DNA of 64,000 nt. It comes from the human T2T-CHM13v2.0 reference genome, Homo sapiens. Shown piece after piece: positions 61,976 through 64,000 of the stretch. The notes under the pieces were generated by a model. It was not told where the DNA came from. It ran no database searches and saw only the letters and a list, made by a program, of their open reading frames with translations. Positions within the stretch are counted from its first letter, which is position 1, and every line of letters begins with the position of its first letter. Location: NCBI RefSeq assembly GCF_009914755.1, contig NC_060929.1; one strand, given 5' to 3'. Made by a program: the position numbers and the translations under genes.

Positions 61976-63814
61976 CTACTGTTGAGGCTACAACTGCACT
62001 GTTAAAAAAGTGCGACAAGCTTGATTACCAGGAGAAAACTGCACTTCCTTTGCCTCGATTTCCTCTATCTATAACTGGATGATTTCGATGGATGGATTTG
62101 TGCCAAAAGGAGGAAAAAAGCAACAGAAAACCTGGTGTTTCCTCTGCCAATAGTTTACTCTTTGCTGTTATGCTTAACAGTTAACATATGTTTGAAAAAT
62201 GCACTTGAACTCGATTAACCTCGGTGCTGCCAGACCTGCCTTGATGGAACACAGCACCCAGGGCGCCCCCACAGGCATCTCTACCTTGGAATGAGGTCTG
62301 GGGCTTTTGTCTGACCCCAGCAGAGCGTGCAGAGCCAGTGGCTCAGGCAGTAGAAGTCAAGGCCCTGGGAAGGAGAAGGTGCCTGGGGAGGCCCTGAGAA
62401 ACCTGTTCTACTCCAAGGCCTGGCTGGCAGCTGGGCAGGACCTCTGACCCACCAATCACTTGCTGTCAAGGACTCTCAATTAAGTTACAAGGAAATGGTT
62501 AATATGTATGTTTGTTTTGATAGGGAAAACCACAGCCATTTGTTCTTAATTCATCTCAGGAAGGGGTGAACAATCAGCGATGTCTGCTGAAATGAAATGA
62601 TTTGAAGAGTATAATGTAAAGAGGAAACTCATTTAAGGAGCCCTGTCATGGTACGGTTTCCCAGATGGACTCAAAGCGAAAGAGCGAGGAGCAGAACAGT
62701 GAGTTTCGTGGGCTGCACTGTGTTGGGGGAGGAGGCGACGTCTGCAATCGGGCTACACATGTTCATCAAGACAGGGGAGCAGCTTCGCCCACTGGGAGCA
62801 GAATCAGGGACTTGGTCAGAGGGAGACGTTTTGCTCTACTCCCTTTTGTGCTGTTTGAATTTATCTTCTGCATATTTTCCTTTCAAAATGAAAATAATTA
62901 TAACACTGGATAGATGAGAAGCTGCAGGCACTTCTGCTATCGGCTGCCCCAGCTGGCCTTTGGTACCACAGGTCACAAGCCCCCTTACCCTCAGACACTC
63001 TGTCCCAGCCTGCTTAATCCTGCTTCTCCCAAAAAATGGTTCTGAGCATGCGAAGACTTTCTAGGTTCTTTTTTCATGGCTGTTTTTAGAGCAGTGTGAG
63101 TGTGTCATAGAAAGGGAGGCCCCTGAGAGGGCACTATAGCTCCTGAGGTCTTTACCAGCCTGGCCTCTGTGCTGTCTGCCGGTGTGGATTCCCGATGCTG
63201 AGGACTGCTTGTCTAAGGATTTGCCTAAGCTCCAACACCTAGGATTCCACCTCCTCTTCGCTAAGGGGACAATGAAAGGACATTGGCCAAAAAGCTTCCC
63301 ACTCTCCAGCCCTCCTCAGTGCCACTGAGTGACACAAGCTCCCCATACCTGACTGGGCACTGCCCTCTCCGACGCCTGCTGTGGCTCCTCAGGGCAGCTC
63401 TCTGCCCAGTACCTCGCTTGCTCTGCCACTGCTACAGCAGCAGCTCTAACATGCACCAGACCGCCCCTTCCCGGCGGGCCAGCACATGTCACTCCAGGGG
63501 ACTTCGCCCCTCCTGTGCTCACACCCACCTCCTGCCTGTGCGCTCTAGACTTTCCTCATCCCTGTCCAGGGCTGCCTATCCTTCAAGGCCTATCTTGCAG
63601 GACCCCTGTCCTCCCTGCCCATACGAGGCCACAGGAATGTCTCTGGCAATCACCCATGACTGTTGCAGAGTCTGTCCCCTCAGGCTGTGTCTTCATCGAG
63701 CCAGCCTTGGGGACCGGGCATTTACCAGTCTTCCTGAGGTGTACGGTGGCTGCTTCAAGACAAAGGAAATGCCAAGTGGATGAAGTGCTCTGGGGTCCAA
63801 TTCCTCTGACTGCT

Positions 63815-63965
63815 AAGGTTTCTGTGCTGTGTGATTTTGGAGAAGTTACTTAAACTCTGAACCTCAATTTACTCCTAAGAAAGCTAGGTGGTTTGAGGAT
63901 TCGATGAATTACCAAATGTAAAGCATTTAATCAGTGCCTAGCACACAGTAACTGTTCAACATACG
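63815..63965 (+). mobile_element. MIR
   Basis: gctgtgtgattttggagaagttacttaaactctgaacctcaattt...atgtaaagcatttaatcagtgcctagcacacagtaa. Confidence 0.7.
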
Positions 63966-64000
63966 GCAGATGTTTTGGAACTTAACTGTTCCACCTTTAC

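Noticed and set aside
55315-64000. MACROH2A1 start exon or promoter
   Set aside because: No MSSRGGKKK-coding sequence or CpG island here; this is intron and the 5' exons lie outside the window.

Overview
Eukaryotic (primate, most likely human 5q31) genomic DNA, not microbial. The window holds the 3' two-thirds of the histone-variant gene MACROH2A1 (H2AFY) on the minus strand. Eight coding exons can be placed exactly from GT-AG boundaries and translation: 55208-55314, 54578-54775, 45669-45779, the mutually exclusive pair 38118-38217 (isoform 1.2) and 36011-36101 (isoform 1.1), 31156-31245, 28448-28622 and 20164-20329 (stop). A ~0.6 kb 3' UTR ends near 19565. The start-codon exon and promoter lie beyond the right edge. 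The left ~19.5 kb is intergenic, with several enhancer-like blocks. The rest is intron with Alu, L1, L2, MIR, MaLR LTR and hAT relics, including a twin-primed, 5'-inverted L1PA with a perfect TSD. Nearly all ORFs in the supplied track are chance or antisense-shadow ORFs. I did not find a convincing undescribed biological system. The best leads are the splicing code and NMD logic around the duplicated exon pair, a tandem NAG acceptor, a possible antisense exon/ORF over exon 8, and candidate enhancer/CTCF elements. Repeat subfamily calls and boundaries are by eye and approximate unless a TSD is quoted.
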